DNA of 64,000 nt from contig CAVSFC010000002.1 of the NCBI GenBank assembly GCA_963727255.1, forward strand, positions 576,001-640,000, written 5' to 3'. The position numbers and the translations under genes are program-made. Positions within the stretch are counted from its first letter, which is position 1; the number at the start of each line of letters is the position of its first letter. The DNA comes from an uncultured bacterium. GTDB lineage: Bacteria; Babelota; Babeliae; Babelales; Vermiphilaceae. The notes under the pieces were generated by a model that saw only the letters and a list, made by a program, of their open reading frames with translations, searched no databases and had not been told where the DNA came from. Positions 22,441 through 34,842 of this stretch are shown piece after piece.

Positions 22441-23661
22441 ATGAAGATTGAAATAATGTTTCTTTCACTCTGCTTTTTAATGGTAACGGCAAATGGTATG
22501 GAAGTAAATGATAAAGATTTAATGTTGTTTGCCCAATCAAATTCATTCAAAATGAGACAGTTGCAACGATTAGCGCGAACGATGCCAGAAATAAAAAAAG
22601 CATTAAACCAAGATCTTGAACAAAAAAAGGCAGATGCCGAGCATCAACGTGGCAAAACAAAACAAGGAGTTTCCTATCAAGGGCCACAAGTGTATGATAC
22701 CATCAGCGCCAATAGATGCATTAATGACAAACGTTTTGTTTTGGCCGATTTTGATGAGCCCGCTACTGATATCTATCAAGCGCAGAGTCCTTTTGAAAAA
22801 ACTATGAATCTCAAAGAAACAGCCAGGCCCTATGGCATCAATGCATTGGATGTCAATCATCTGGGGGATACGGTTGCTACCGATCAAGGTAATCAGATTC
22901 TGCTTTGGATCTTACTACTCAGAAATCAAATGGTTTTTTACAAGGGCATACCGATTTAGTAACCGGCATTGATTTCTATCCTGGCAATTCATATATTTTA
23001 GTCTCGGGATCAAAAGATAAAACACTAAAGATATGGCGATACTCGAACTAATAAATGCACACAAAACTTTAAATGATTCTGCTCCAGTTCTTTCCGTTGA
23101 TTTTTCTCCCGATGGGGAAAATGTGGCTTCAGTTAATAATTCTGGGATTGCGGCATTAACGTTATGGTCATTAGCTCAAAGTAAAGGTAATTGCTCAGAA
23201 GACCACTAGTGATGGACTGCAAATTTTAATCATACCGGAACGAATATTATTGCTGGATTACCGGGGAGCTCATATTAGATTCTCAAGGGGAGTACTTTAG
23301 AAACTATTAGGTCATTAGCATTGCCTGTAAAGTTGGGTCAAAAATAATGCAATTCCTGGATCATTTGATTTCTCAGCTGATGATAGCATCGTCTTAGCAA
23401 GTGGCCCACTCAGTGATATTTTTATCTGTAAGGGAGACTTGAGTGCAATTGAAGATGGATATCGATTCAGGAATGCTCGGGGTTGATGCGCATTTTTACC
23501 CGAATGGCCAGCAAATTTTATCGAGTACTTATTGCTGCGCAGTTGATGCCGGGCCATATGTGAGGATTTGGGATATTGAAAATAAACGGAAAAAAATTCG
23601 AGAAGTTCAGATAGCATCTCAAGAAAAAGAAGAAAAATCTCGTTATTGCTTTCTTCAATAA
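22441..23661 (+). CDS. Secreted WD40-repeat protein, multiple frameshifts
   Basis: Off-frame KGHTDLVTGIDFYPGNSYILVSGSKDKTLKIW near 22942-23036; VRIWD; signal peptide ...ANG-MEV. Confidence 0.8.
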
Positions 23662-23681
23662 TTGAGAAAAGTTAAGAATAA

Positions 23682-24065
23682 AACTAAGGCAAACTATAAG
23701 CCGGATTCTGTAGATACTTACGTATCTGGCAACCATTTATCTAAGCGACATACCCGCACGTTTAACCGGAACGAATACCGACACGTGCCTATTTTGTCTT
23801 GCTCCAGGAGGGGCTTGCCCTTATAAACCATTACTGATCTATACTGTGTGCTCTTACCACCCATTTTCACCCTTACCCACTATTTTCCAGCTTCGAAGGC
23901 AATAAGCTCTGAGGGCGGTTATTTTCTGTGGCGCTTTCCATCAGTATGGCTTTTACCTATACTGCCCTGGCTTGCCTTAAGCTCTTGCCAGGCTCCTTAT
24001 TCATTTGGAGTCCGGACTTTCCTCTGCTATTCGAAGGAGCGAGCGATTGCCCATTTGCCTTAGTT
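23682..24065 (-). ncRNA. rnpB: RNase P RNA, type A
   Basis: GAGGAAAGTCCGGACTCC, GGGTGAAA, GGTAAGAGC, GAGCAAG, ACAGAATCCGGCTTA; P1 AACTAAGGCAAA/TTTGCCTTAGTT. Confidence 0.96.
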
Positions 24066-24079
24066 GTACGATTTCAAGG

Positions 24080-24529
24080 TCAAAGTCTAGTGAAGATTCC
24101 AAAGCTCATTATCCATATCACTATCAGATTAGCAAAAACCGTAGAAATTGTATAGGGAATGCTCATTGGCAGGTGTAAAATCCACTATTCCACAAGGCCA
24201 ATTTGGGCCAGAAGGCAGCGGCCAAAAGCAGGTAATATTGCCATAGGGAATCATAGAGGGTATGCCTCATTTTGATGCCCAAAAGGGTGGCAGGAATCAC
24301 GTAGAGCAAGACTAATCCAAAACGGCCATAATGGATCAGGGGGAAAGGAAAGCAGAAGGCATGCAAAAGATTCGAATAAGCCATGGGCCGGGAAAGTTGC
24401 AAAATATAGAAGCAGAGAAGACTATAAATAAGTGGTTTTTCAAAAATAGAAAAAGCGGCTAAATCAACAATAAAAAGAAGCAGGCGATGCTATAGAAAAG
24501 AAGTGGTGAAATGGTCGTTTTTTTCTCAT
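24080..24529 (-). CDS. Small integral membrane protein, frameshifted
   Basis: Hydrophobic fragments in successive frames (LLLFIVDLAAFSIFEKP; YGRFGLVLLYVIP; STVFANLIVIWIMS). Confidence 0.45.
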
Positions 24530-24695
24530 GTATGGCGATTTATCTCGTGAACTCGGGATCTCTCGAAATGAATGGAAGTAAACCGAGTAAAATCAAGAGC
24601 GAGGATCATAATAGATGATTTTTTTTAGATTTATTACATTTGTATCGTCAGTGTATAATGAGATCATATCACTATTCAAGAATATTGCATGATCC

Positions 24696-26587
24696 ATGAA
24701 ATAAAATTATTCACAGTATTTTTTTAATATTTTTTATACTTGTTGCTCGGTGCCGGTGGCGCTTTTTATCTTTTTACCCATCATACGGTAGATTTTTCTA
24801 CGGCTTGCGCATTATAATCCCGGGCATCCTTCCATTCTTCTTGATGATCAGGGCAAAGAATGGGCAAGGTTTCAATTGGATCGGCGAGAACCAATCGCCT
24901 ATGATCATATGCCGCTCATTAATGCATTTATTGCTGCTGAAGATTGGCAATTTTTTTCCCATCCGGGAATTTCTATCAAAGGGATCATGCGTTCCATTAT
25001 AAAAAATGTGTTGCATGGCAAAAAGCTGCAGGGAGCCAGCACTATCACACAGCAATTGGTAAAATTCTTTTTTTTGATTCGCAAAAAACATTTAAGCGCA
25101 AAATTAAGGAGCAACTCTATGCGCTCTTAGTGGAGCAGCAATTCACCAAAGAACAGATTTTAGAAACGTATCTAAATCATGTCTATTTTGGGTTTGGTAT
25201 TTATGGTGTTGAAGCAGCGAGCCAACGCTTTTGGGGTAAACATGCATCGGAATTTAACGATTGATGAATCGGCAACCTTGGCAGGAGTGATCCGCTCCCC
25301 GGCCAATATTGCCCCATTATTAATCCACTTAGCGCACAACGCCGCCGCAATATTATTCTGAATTCAATGAAAAATCTGAAATTGATTACCGATCAAGAAT
25401 ATGAACATGCAATGCAGCTGCCAATTAGTATTAAGGGAGTAGAGAATACATTATTTGCGGCACATGTAAAAGAGTTGATTCGAATGGAGCTTGAAGCAAG
25501 AAATCGGCAAAAATAGATTGTATACCGGTGGGCTTATTATTCAGACAACATTGAATCGGAATATACAAGAATTGGCTGAAAAAAGTTTTGCCGAGCAGAT
25601 GATGGAACTCAAAAAGACAATCATGCCGGAAATTGATGGCGCCCTGCTCACCCTTGATAGTAAGACCGGTGAGATTAAGGCATTAATCGGCGGTGTTGAT
25701 TTTAATCAATCAAAGTTTAATCGCGCATGGCAAGCGGGCGGCAAATCGGATCAGTGTTTAAACCGATAATTTTTGCGGCCGCAATTGCCAACGGTGCGTT
25801 TTTGCGATACAGAAATTGATGAGCCAATCACCATTGAGCAACATAATGCATTATGGCAGCCCAATAACTATAATCATCGCTTTGATGGTCAGATGACGCT
25901 TGCGCATGCATTGGTGCGTTCGAATAATATTGTTTCAATCAAAACATTACTCAAAACGGGTATGCAGCCGGTAATGGCACTTGCAAAAGCCTGCCATTTG
26001 GAAGATGAATTGCATCCATATCCTTCGTTGGCTCTGGGATGTATTGATGCAACGCTTAAAGAAGTAACCGGCATGTTTAATATATTTGCAAATAATGGCA
26101 TATATACTGAACCACATCTCATTAAATGGGTAAAAGATAGTTGGGGCACTAAAATTTGGAAATCCTCTCCGCTTAAAGAGCAGGTGTTGCATCCCGGTAA
26201 TAACAAGCAAAGTATCAAAAGTTCTTGAGATTGGAATCAAACGCTGGCGCAAAGCATATGAGCAAGAATTTCTTGCAGATGATGTGATTAGCAAAACAGG
26301 AACAACCAATGATTCACGCACCTGCTGGTTTGCAGGATCAACTCCGGAACTAACAACCGCGGTGTATATTGGCTGCGATGATAATCGTTCAATGGGGAGA
26401 TGTATACCCGCTCAAAACCGCATTCCCGGTATGGCTTGGCATTCATGGTAAACTCAAGCCAACCGGCAAAAAATTTAGCTATGATTCATCATTCGAAAGA
26501 GTGCGCGCATTAATCAATGGACGGGAGAATCCTACAGTGAGGATGATCCGGATGGCATTGAGATTTGTATATAAAAAGAGACTTTAA
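24696..26587 (+). CDS. Class A penicillin-binding protein (PBP1A family), many frameshifts
   Basis: AAEDWQFFSHPG, GASTITQQLVK, RKIKE, ILETYLNHVYFG, GVEAAS, SNN, KTGTTND. Confidence 0.9.
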
Positions 26588-26592
26588 GGCTA

Positions 26593-26685
<93 letters not shown>

Positions 26686-26751
26686 AAATTTTTTTTAGTG
26701 ACATTTAAGTTCGAGATATTTTTTGTTTCTATAACTAAAAAGAAAGGGTGT

Positions 26752-27245
26752 ATGAATAAAAAAATAAATAATTTGTTTAATTTTCTATTGAGTTCATTTT
26801 CCATGCGCGCAATGTTGCAACCCATAAGCGAAAACTCCCAGGAAAACACTCACTAAGAAAAGACTTTTGGTAGTAAATTTGCAACACTGCCATGAAAAAT
26901 TTACAGTGATCATTTGACTACCGGAAGCAATTCGTATGAGAATTGCGGCGCAGATTAAAGATATTTATAAAAAATTGGACGCAAAGATCAAACTCAAAAT
27001 CAAAGCAAAACGTACCCAATGAGTTGTTCCGCAAAGCCTTGGAAGAACACTTTGATGAAGATAAAAAAAAAAATCAGCAAGCCAAGACAAGAGCGCAATA
27101 TATCCAGTGCCTCAATACATCGGGGACTTTGAACCCCCGAAAGATATGTAACAAGTGTTGCAAGTGCTCGTGCCAAATAAAACCGGAAAGAATAAAACGC
27201 TTTTGCGCACATCTTATAAAAAATAATGATGTGTTTAAAGACTGA
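26752..27245 (+). CDS. Secreted hypothetical protein, frameshifted
   Basis: AAGGG RBS; MNKKINNLFNFLLSSFSMRA-MLQ; continuation in fragments. Confidence 0.4.
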
Positions 27246-27372
27246 TTGAAACCCCCGTATGAGACCAAAGATTTTGCATTGAACAACTAGAAAATTTTTT
27301 CATATACCTAGCATGAGTAACCCTTTTTTTATTACCCTCAAGATATAATCAAATTATTTTGGAAGTAATACT

Positions 27373-27781
27373 ATGAAGCATTTAAGCCATGATCATGTTA
27401 ATGCTTGTAAAAAATGTATAGAGGTCTGTGAAAAAGGGATTGATATTTGTCAAAATTTGATTGAGATGTGCAGTATTAGCCTTACCAGAGAATGTGCTGC
27501 TCAGTGTGGCAAATGCGTAAGGATTTGTAATCAATCAATTGAAGCTTTACTAAATGCATCCAACAATTGAAACGCAAAAGCATTGAAAGATTGAATGATG
27601 CTAAATGCAATACGACATTCCAAGAATGTATCAAGGCATGTCAATCATGTATTGCTGCGTGCAAGAAAGTGATACTGATGTCATGGGGAAAATGCTGAAT
27701 GCATTAAGGATTGTCTTGCCTGTGTTGAGAAATTTAGCATGTGCGCAGGCATGCCAGGCCTGTTTAAACCGTAAGGGCTAG
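27373..27781 (+). CDS. Cys-rich four-helix-bundle protein (Csp/DUF326-like copper storage), frameshifted
   Basis: Repeated CxxC/CxxxC: ACKKCIEVCE, ECAAQCGKCVRIC, ECIKACQSCIAACKK, ECIKDCLAC. Confidence 0.7.
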
Positions 27782-28815
27782 TTAGTGTTAGATAAATTAT
27801 CAAGCACCCAAAACAGCAATCATATTATCCTGTTTGATTTCTTGTTCGGTGAGCATGGTGAACAAATTCAGGTTGCTGATGAGAAAAGCGCCCGCGCATT
27901 ATCTTTTTGATGAGCGGTTGAGGATGTTTCTAAAGGAATTGCGACGCATGGTTTATTAAAAAAGAGCGTTTCAAAAAGTCATCCGGCTCCGGCGCGGCAA
28001 ATATAATCACATCCGTGCAGCATAGCATGAAGCTAAATCCTGCTTATAGGTAAAAACCGCTGCAGAAATTTCAAGATCATGATAGTGTGATTTCCAATCA
28101 AAGGTATCGATTCTGCCGGTTTGATGAATAATCTGAATCAGTGAATGTAAATGAGGATTGAAGTCGAGCCATTCTTTGATGCAATTGTTAACGAAAGAGT
28201 GATCATTGCGATCCGCCGTTTAATAAAAATAGTTTTTTTATTTGCTGAAAGTTTTAATTGAGTAAGGCAAGATCTGGGTCATATTTTTTGAGGAATCGTT
28301 AAAGCGGATCGGATAAGGGGCAAGTTCGCATTTATGGGCGGGCAAAAATTCTTTGGCCTGTTCAAAGCATATATAAATTTTATCTGCATATTTTGCCAAA
28401 AATCTATTTGCTTTGCCCGGTTTGGCATCCAGATCATAGAAATGTACCGGAATACGCAGTACGCGCGCGGCCAAAAGACCGGCAATAGAAATATATCCGC
28501 CCATTCCGATCACGTGTTCAGGTTATATTCTTCGAACCATAAAAAAGCGCTGAATAAATGCGCGAGTAAAATGAATAATAAAAACAAGAATTTTAAAAAT
28601 ATTAAAAAATGGAATGTTGCCTAGTTTGAGCGCAACGTGCTGCTGACATGGCTACCTTGTTTTTTGATAATAGCTTGATCAAGTGGATGCGCAGTGGTAA
28701 AAAAAAGTATTTCAGTTTGATCATTGGAAGTTTGAATATGCTGGGCAAGCGTGAGGGCGGGGAGAATATGTCCGCCTGATCGGCCGGCAACAAAAGCAAT
28801 GGTTTGTTTATCCAT
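27778..28815 (-). CDS. murG: UDP-GlcNAc lipid I transferase, many frameshifts
   Basis: AGRSGGHILPA, GMGGYIS, PGKANRFLA, IHQTG, CRAGAG, HQKDNA fragments. Confidence 0.88.
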
Positions 28816-28874
28816 ATTCTTTTCTCATGTGTGAACTGGAATTTTTGAGTTTTGGAAGCAAGTCTAACACGATC

Positions 28875-30561
28875 TTAAGAAAGTTTGCACATTTTTTTAC
28901 TTTACCCCATTCTTCTAATTTTGCTTTGGCTTTTGTTTTGTCATGATCATTTTTTGCCAATTTGGACTGCAGCTTTCATATTATCGACTGGCTTTTTTAG
29001 TGTTTCCGTTTTTGTAATAACATTTTCCCAAATGGCATAGAACTGTATAATGAGTTGGATGTGCATAGAGCAACTTTTTGTCCCCATGGGTATCGCCTGA
29101 TCGAATTTGTTTTCTTTATACAGTATCAAAGCTTTTGTATCTAAAAAGTGCGGATTATGCGGATCTTTTTGCAACGCGAGAGCAATAAGCTCATTTGCTT
29201 TTTTTAGATTATTTCCTTTGGTTGCATATAAATATGATAGTAAATTGTTAAGTTGGGGCATAATCATTTTTAAATGCAAGCGCATCTTCGAGTGTTTTTT
29301 GCGCAAATTCCCATTTTTGCTGAGTAAAGTAAATAATACCAATTTGCAATGCGATTTTAGCTTTTAATTCTGCTTCAGTGCTGGCCGCATATGCTTTTTG
29401 AAGCAATGGGAGCGCTTTATCTTGATTTGGCATTCGCAAGGCCAAATCGGCTGCATGAGAGTCGCCGGTCGGTGAGAATACTTTATGCTTTTCTAGTGAT
29501 TCGATAGTTTTCGTGCTGTTCAATTAGCGGAGGAACATAAATGGTGAGCAAGTGAAGGGCTCTAATTAAGCCATAATTCAACATGAGTATCATTCTTTCA
29601 TCCATTGTTCAAGCAATTGTGCAGCCTCATCAAAATGTTTTAAATGCGCGAGTATTTGAATTTTTAGGAGACGTGCCTCGCTATCATTTGGGCTTTTTGC
29701 CAAGAATTGATTAACGTTTTGTAAAGCTTTGGCATCCTCTTTTTTATCAAATAATTGTGCTGCTTGGGTCAAGGAATGTATTGGTCTCGCTTCCATTTTT
29801 TTGTTTTTGAAGTTTTTCAGCAGAAATGCGAGCATGAGGCAAATGCCGTTCAATTTCACTATTTGGCTGCGGGCTAACCTCTAAAAATGTTGTATAGCCT
29901 TTGATAGCTTCTTCTATTTTCCCCTCTTTTGTCCTTGAAGCGCCGCATACAAAAGCCAACTTTTATCAAACTTTGGATATGTTTCTATGCATTGTTTTAT
30001 TGCGGCCAAATGCTTCTGGTTTCTTATTGAGTTGCAAATAGATTTGAGATTCCATGAACAAGAAAATAAAATTGTTTGGGCCGGCGCCGGGGAATTATTG
30101 AGTAAATTTTTTATTACCTTTCTAAGCGCATTTTCCGGTTCAGACCGCTCAAGATACATTTGCACCACTTTAAATGCTAATTCTTGATTGCTCTTATATT
30201 GTTCATTGAGTAAAACCAATCGGGCATGGGCTTTTCATTTTTTTTGCCTGTTTGTTCAAGTGCCATTGCGAAAAAGAAGTTGCATTTCCTGGTTATTCTT
30301 GAATGTTTCATCCAATTCCGGGATGAGTTTTACAATATCGGCAAATGAACCGCTTGCAGCAAGGTAGGGGATATATCCTGAATAGACAAATAAAGAATCT
30401 TTATCGGGTGTGATTACCATACCAATATCCTGCTGCTTTTTAAATCATTACCCAGCTGATAATAGTTTGCCATAATATCGCGCAAGATTTTGCGTTGCTT
30501 TATCGGCTGGGATGCAATCCAAAACAGATGCACAGTAAAAATAATAATTTCTTCCATACAT
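28875..30561 (-). CDS. Secreted TPR-repeat protein, many frameshifts
   Basis: TPR-like helices (ALQKDPHNPHFLDTKA, SPNDSEARLLKIQIL, YPKFDKSWLL). Confidence 0.75.
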
Positions 30562-30989
30562 TCTCCCGATGGCACCGAATGAGATAGTCCTTGAGTACTT
30601 GCCGCAACTGTTCATCTTTTATTTTGCTTAAACTTTCTTGCTCTCTCGGCTGAAAGTTGGACAATTTTTGAAACTATGCGTTTTGTTGGTGCCTTCCTTT
30701 TTTCTTTTTTATAGTGATTCCTACTGTTTTAAATCGTAGTTTTTTTATACGTGGCCGGTCTAGTTTTTCATTAATTGTCTTAATTAATAACGGGAGTGAG
30801 CAGATATAATTCTTGCAGCCAACAGCTATCGAGCACGCCGATAACCAAGGTATCTTCCTGAATCTTGAGAAGTTGCACTTTAGTGCGGATAGAACCAACA
30901 ATTGCCGGCCAATTCTGCAACAATTGCAATTGCCAATTATCATTTTGGCTCAGCAGTTCTTCAAGAATTTTTTGGATTGGGATTGCCAT
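30560..30989 (-). CDS. dciA: DciA/DUF721 family helicase-loading protein, frameshifted; 3' end approximate
   Basis: QNWPAIVG, TLVIGVLDSCWLQEL, INEKL...IKKLRF. Confidence 0.78.
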
Positions 30990-31077
30990 AGTAATAAATC
31001 TTATTTTGTTCATCTCTTGAGAATGATGACTATTTTAATTTATTGTAACATTAAAAATACGCGCGGGAGAGTTATTT

Positions 31078-32726
31078 ATGAAATATAAAATTCTTGGTTT
31101 CCTTTTGTCTTTTTTTGGATTCTGTTTTTCTATGCCAATTATCGCGGTGCAATGGGATCCCATTCCTATGCAGGAATTAGAAAATTATACTCCCTACTTT
31201 AGGCTTGCGCTAAGAAGACCTGGTGAAGGACCAAAGTTTATTGGACTTCTTGTTTATGCCGGTGATGAATTTTATGCAGATATAAGTAAAAATTCAGAAA
31301 AAATAGAAGCACTTCAATCTCTCATCAATAATCTTTCGGGTGATAAAGATACAGAGTCTTGAATTTATCTGTTACGCATATGGGCATCAAAAGGATCCAG
31401 CGCGATATTTGGCTGGATTTATTGATGCGCTTGGCAAAAAATATGAATCGAGAGGTGATATCTCATTAGTGATCATTGCGCATGGTGAAAATCCTGATGT
31501 AGTCAATAGAGCAAGCCATTCAATTTTGCCTAAAGTCAAAATTCATTCATTAATCTATTTTCAACCAACTATTTATGAAACTTATCTTTCTGCAACAGGA
31601 ATTCAAGAGAATAAAGATTGGCATTCAAAACCAGGAAGATTTGGCAAGTTATATAATTTATATACAAAAGCGTATGTGATGCATCTTTATAATCCGATCT
31701 ATGCTGAAAGAAAATATCGCCAGCAAGCAGAATTTAAAAATAATCAATTGATAATGCCAATTAAAAATGTGCGCATGTTTAAAATTGCTCAAAAGCAACT
31801 TGAAAACTATGATAATGAGGATTTTTTTAGTGTAAAAGCTTTGAAAAACCTACCTGCGTTATTAGATCAAATAGATGAGTATCAGCTTAATTTCGATCTT
31901 TTAGCACTTGGATTTAGTAAAGATAATAGTGTTTATCCTTTAGTGGCGATAAATCGTTTTATTAAGTTTAATAAAACAAGTATTATAGCGGATTATAAAG
32001 TTGCTCCATTTGAGGGTGGTTATGATGTTAAAACAATGCTGCCAGAAGTAACGATGTCAGCATTGAAACAAGAATTTTCTGATGAATTTAGAAGATCAAA
32101 AAATGTTTTCGGTAAAATTATTCAGCTTCCAGCTTCAAAAGGATGGATTAAGCAGTTAAGCTCCGAATTTGATGAAATTAAACGTCGTTATCAGCAAGTT
32201 GAATCCAGCAATATTTTATTACCACCACCAGTGCCTGCCAGAGAAGAATCTGCATTTGCTCCCCAAAATCTCTCTCGTCCCACAAAAAGAAGCGGTACAA
32301 GAGATTTTTCTTCAGAAAAAAAACGGTGCCAATGCCCCCACCTCCACCATCTGAAGGGAAAAAAGAGCAAGAAAAGAAATTGAAATTGTATAAAGCTCGA
32401 GAAGAGGCACCGGCTACAGGAAGAATATTAAAAGAGAGACTAGAAGAACAAAAAAAGAATTTGAAAAAGTTTGAGAAATCAGAGCCGGTAGCTTCACAAA
32501 AAAAGAGAAATGGCAAAAATGGGCAGATGAAAAGAAATTTGATGAGCTCGAGTCGGAATTTAGAAAAATAAATACTGAACTATTTAGGGCCAAAATATTC
32601 AGAGACGTTTTGCGCAAAGAAGGAAAAGGCAAAGAGCTAGCAGAAATAGATGATTCGATAAAGCAGATTGAAACTGATATTGATTTTATTAAACACCGTT
32701 TGCCAGCTGAAGAAAGTTTTGATTGA
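31078..32726 (+). CDS. Secreted hypothetical protein: hydrolase-like N-part, poly-Pro linker, coiled-coil C-part; frameshifted
   Basis: Fragments 31078-31362, 31340-32383, 32326-32571 plus tail; PPPVP and PPPPPS motifs. Confidence 0.6.
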
Positions 32727-32747
32727 TCCTTATTTATGGTTTTCCAA

Positions 32748-33193
32748 ATGCTTAAAGATTTTGAGATTATTCCACACACTGCCGATTTAAAGATTCGAGT
32801 GTATGGCAAAACTCGTGAAGATCTTTTTACTAATGCGTTAATTGGTATGTTTCAATCAACGCGCCCGATGCGCCTGAATGCCGTTATGATGAGCATGATC
32901 GATTAGTATGCCCACGTTTGACGATTACCCGAGATATTGGGGTGAATTATCCGGATATCGAGTCGCTCTTAGTTGATTTTCTTTCTGAGGCATTATATCT
33001 AAGCGATGTACATAATGAGGCATATTTAAATCTCGCTATTGATGTCTTATCAGATACTCGTATCATTGCGCATGTAGAAGGGGTCGCAATTACCGGTTTT
33101 GAGGAGTCGGAAATAAAAGCAGTTACCTATGATGATTTGAAGATTGTTCAAAAAGATGGCATATGGCAAACCGATATCGTTTTTGATATATAA
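32748..33193 (+). CDS. Archease, frameshifted
   Basis: FEIIPHTADLKIRVYGKT, LLVDFLSE, EIKAVTY, IVFDI C-terminus. Confidence 0.92.
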
Positions 33194-33201
33194 CAAAAAT
33201 A

Positions 33202-33324
33202 TGATTCGATCCAGCCTTCGCTAAAGCTCCGGCGGACAGGTACGATTGCGAGCGCAATCACCACGAGCGGTTCTACCAAAATCCGTTCGCCCTGAGTACG
33301 AACGAAGTAGAGTGTGTCGAAGGG
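33202..33324. repeat. Family-A pair with a family-B element nested in the left copy
   Basis: A 33202-33270 (-) containing B 33210-33240; A 33283-33324 (+) with CCCT/AGGG stem. Confidence 0.8.
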
Positions 33325-33348
33325 TGGTATAAAAAAGTAGGAATTTTT

Positions 33349-34839
33349 ATGTTGCAATCCCCCAAATGGCAGGATCTCATTAAACTCAACGAATATTTAT
33401 ATGAAATTCCGCAATCGTTCCGTGCTGATATGCGCGTGCGGGCGCGCTATCCTGTGCACTGACGCGGAGGCGATGCCCGAGGATATTGAAGAAGATCTTT
33501 CGCTTCTGCAATTAATAAATGTTGCATCGTTGCCCGGAATTCAAAAATATGCAATTGCTATGCCCGATATTCATCAAGGATATGGATTTCCTATTGGTGG
33601 TGTTGCGGCAACTGTCAATTGCTGAAGGCGGCGTGATTTCGCCCGGTGGCATTGGCTATGATATTAATTGCGGCGTGCGTATGCTGACTGTTGCAAATAT
33701 GACGTATAGATGAAATTAAACCGCAGTTCTAGAAGATTTAGCAACAGCACTTATTCCATGCGATTCCTTCAGGCGTTGGCCGTGGCGGAAAATTAATCTT
33801 TGCATACGCATGAACTTGATCGTGTATTGCTGCATGGCGCGCAGCAGTATGGTTGAACATGGGCTATGGCACTGAAGAATGATTTAGATCTTTGTGAAGA
33901 GAATGGCAATATGGCCGGTGCAGATCCAGACTCGATTACCAAAGAAGCAAAAAAACGCGGCACATGATCAGTTGGGCACTCTTGGATCAGGAAATCATTT
34001 TCTTAGAAGTGCAAGCGAGTTGTAGAAATTTATGATGAAAAAACGGCACAAGCATTCGGATTAAAAAAAGATGCAGTGACGGTTATGATTCACTGCGGTT
34101 CGCGCGGGCTCGGGCATCAAACATGCACTGATTATGTGCGTATCATGATAGAAAAATTGCCTTCTTGGGGATATCAATTTGCCTGATCGCGAATTAGTAT
34201 GCGCACCATTTAGCTCGCGAGAAGGTGCAGCAGTATTTCGCGGCCATGACTGCTGCTGCAAATTTTGCATGGGCAAATCGCCATTTAATTGGCCATTGGG
34301 TGCGGCAAGCCTGGCATACTATTTTGGGCCCTGACGCTCACTTAAATACGATGTATGATGTTTCTCATAATATTGGCAAGCGTGAAAAACATATGATTAA
34401 TGGAGTCCCAAAAGAAGTTATTTAATGCATCGTAAAGGAGCCGCCCGTTCATTTGGGCCTTCGCGCGCCGGAAGTTCCATTGGCATATAAAGAGAGGTGG
34501 GCCAGCCAGTGCTTATTCCTGGAACCATGGGCACTTCATCATATGTGTTAGTCGGGAACCGATTCATCACTCGAGCAGGCATTTGGCTCATAGTGCCATG
34601 GAGCAGGAAGAACCATGTCTCGCTCGAAAGCAGAAAAAATTGATTCGTGGAAAGCACGTTGCGCCACGAACTTGGAAGCACGAGGGATTGTGGTGCGGTG
34701 TGATTCCAATGCGGGCCTCGCTGAAGAAGCGCCTGTTGCCTATAAAGATGTTGATGTGGTAGTAAATGTTATTGCACCAGCAGGGCTTGCGCGTAAAGTT
34801 GCCAAAGTTGTGCCACTTGCAGTAATTAAAGGTGGATAA
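33349..34839 (+). CDS. rtcB: RNA ligase RtcB (archaeal/eukaryote-like type), many frameshifts
   Basis: [76 protein letters not shown]. Confidence 0.95.
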
Positions 34840-34842
34840 GAT

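Noticed and set aside
24080..24529. MreD assignment for the membrane protein next to PBP1A
   Set aside because: Size fits, but no recognisable motif and the sequence is too error-rich.
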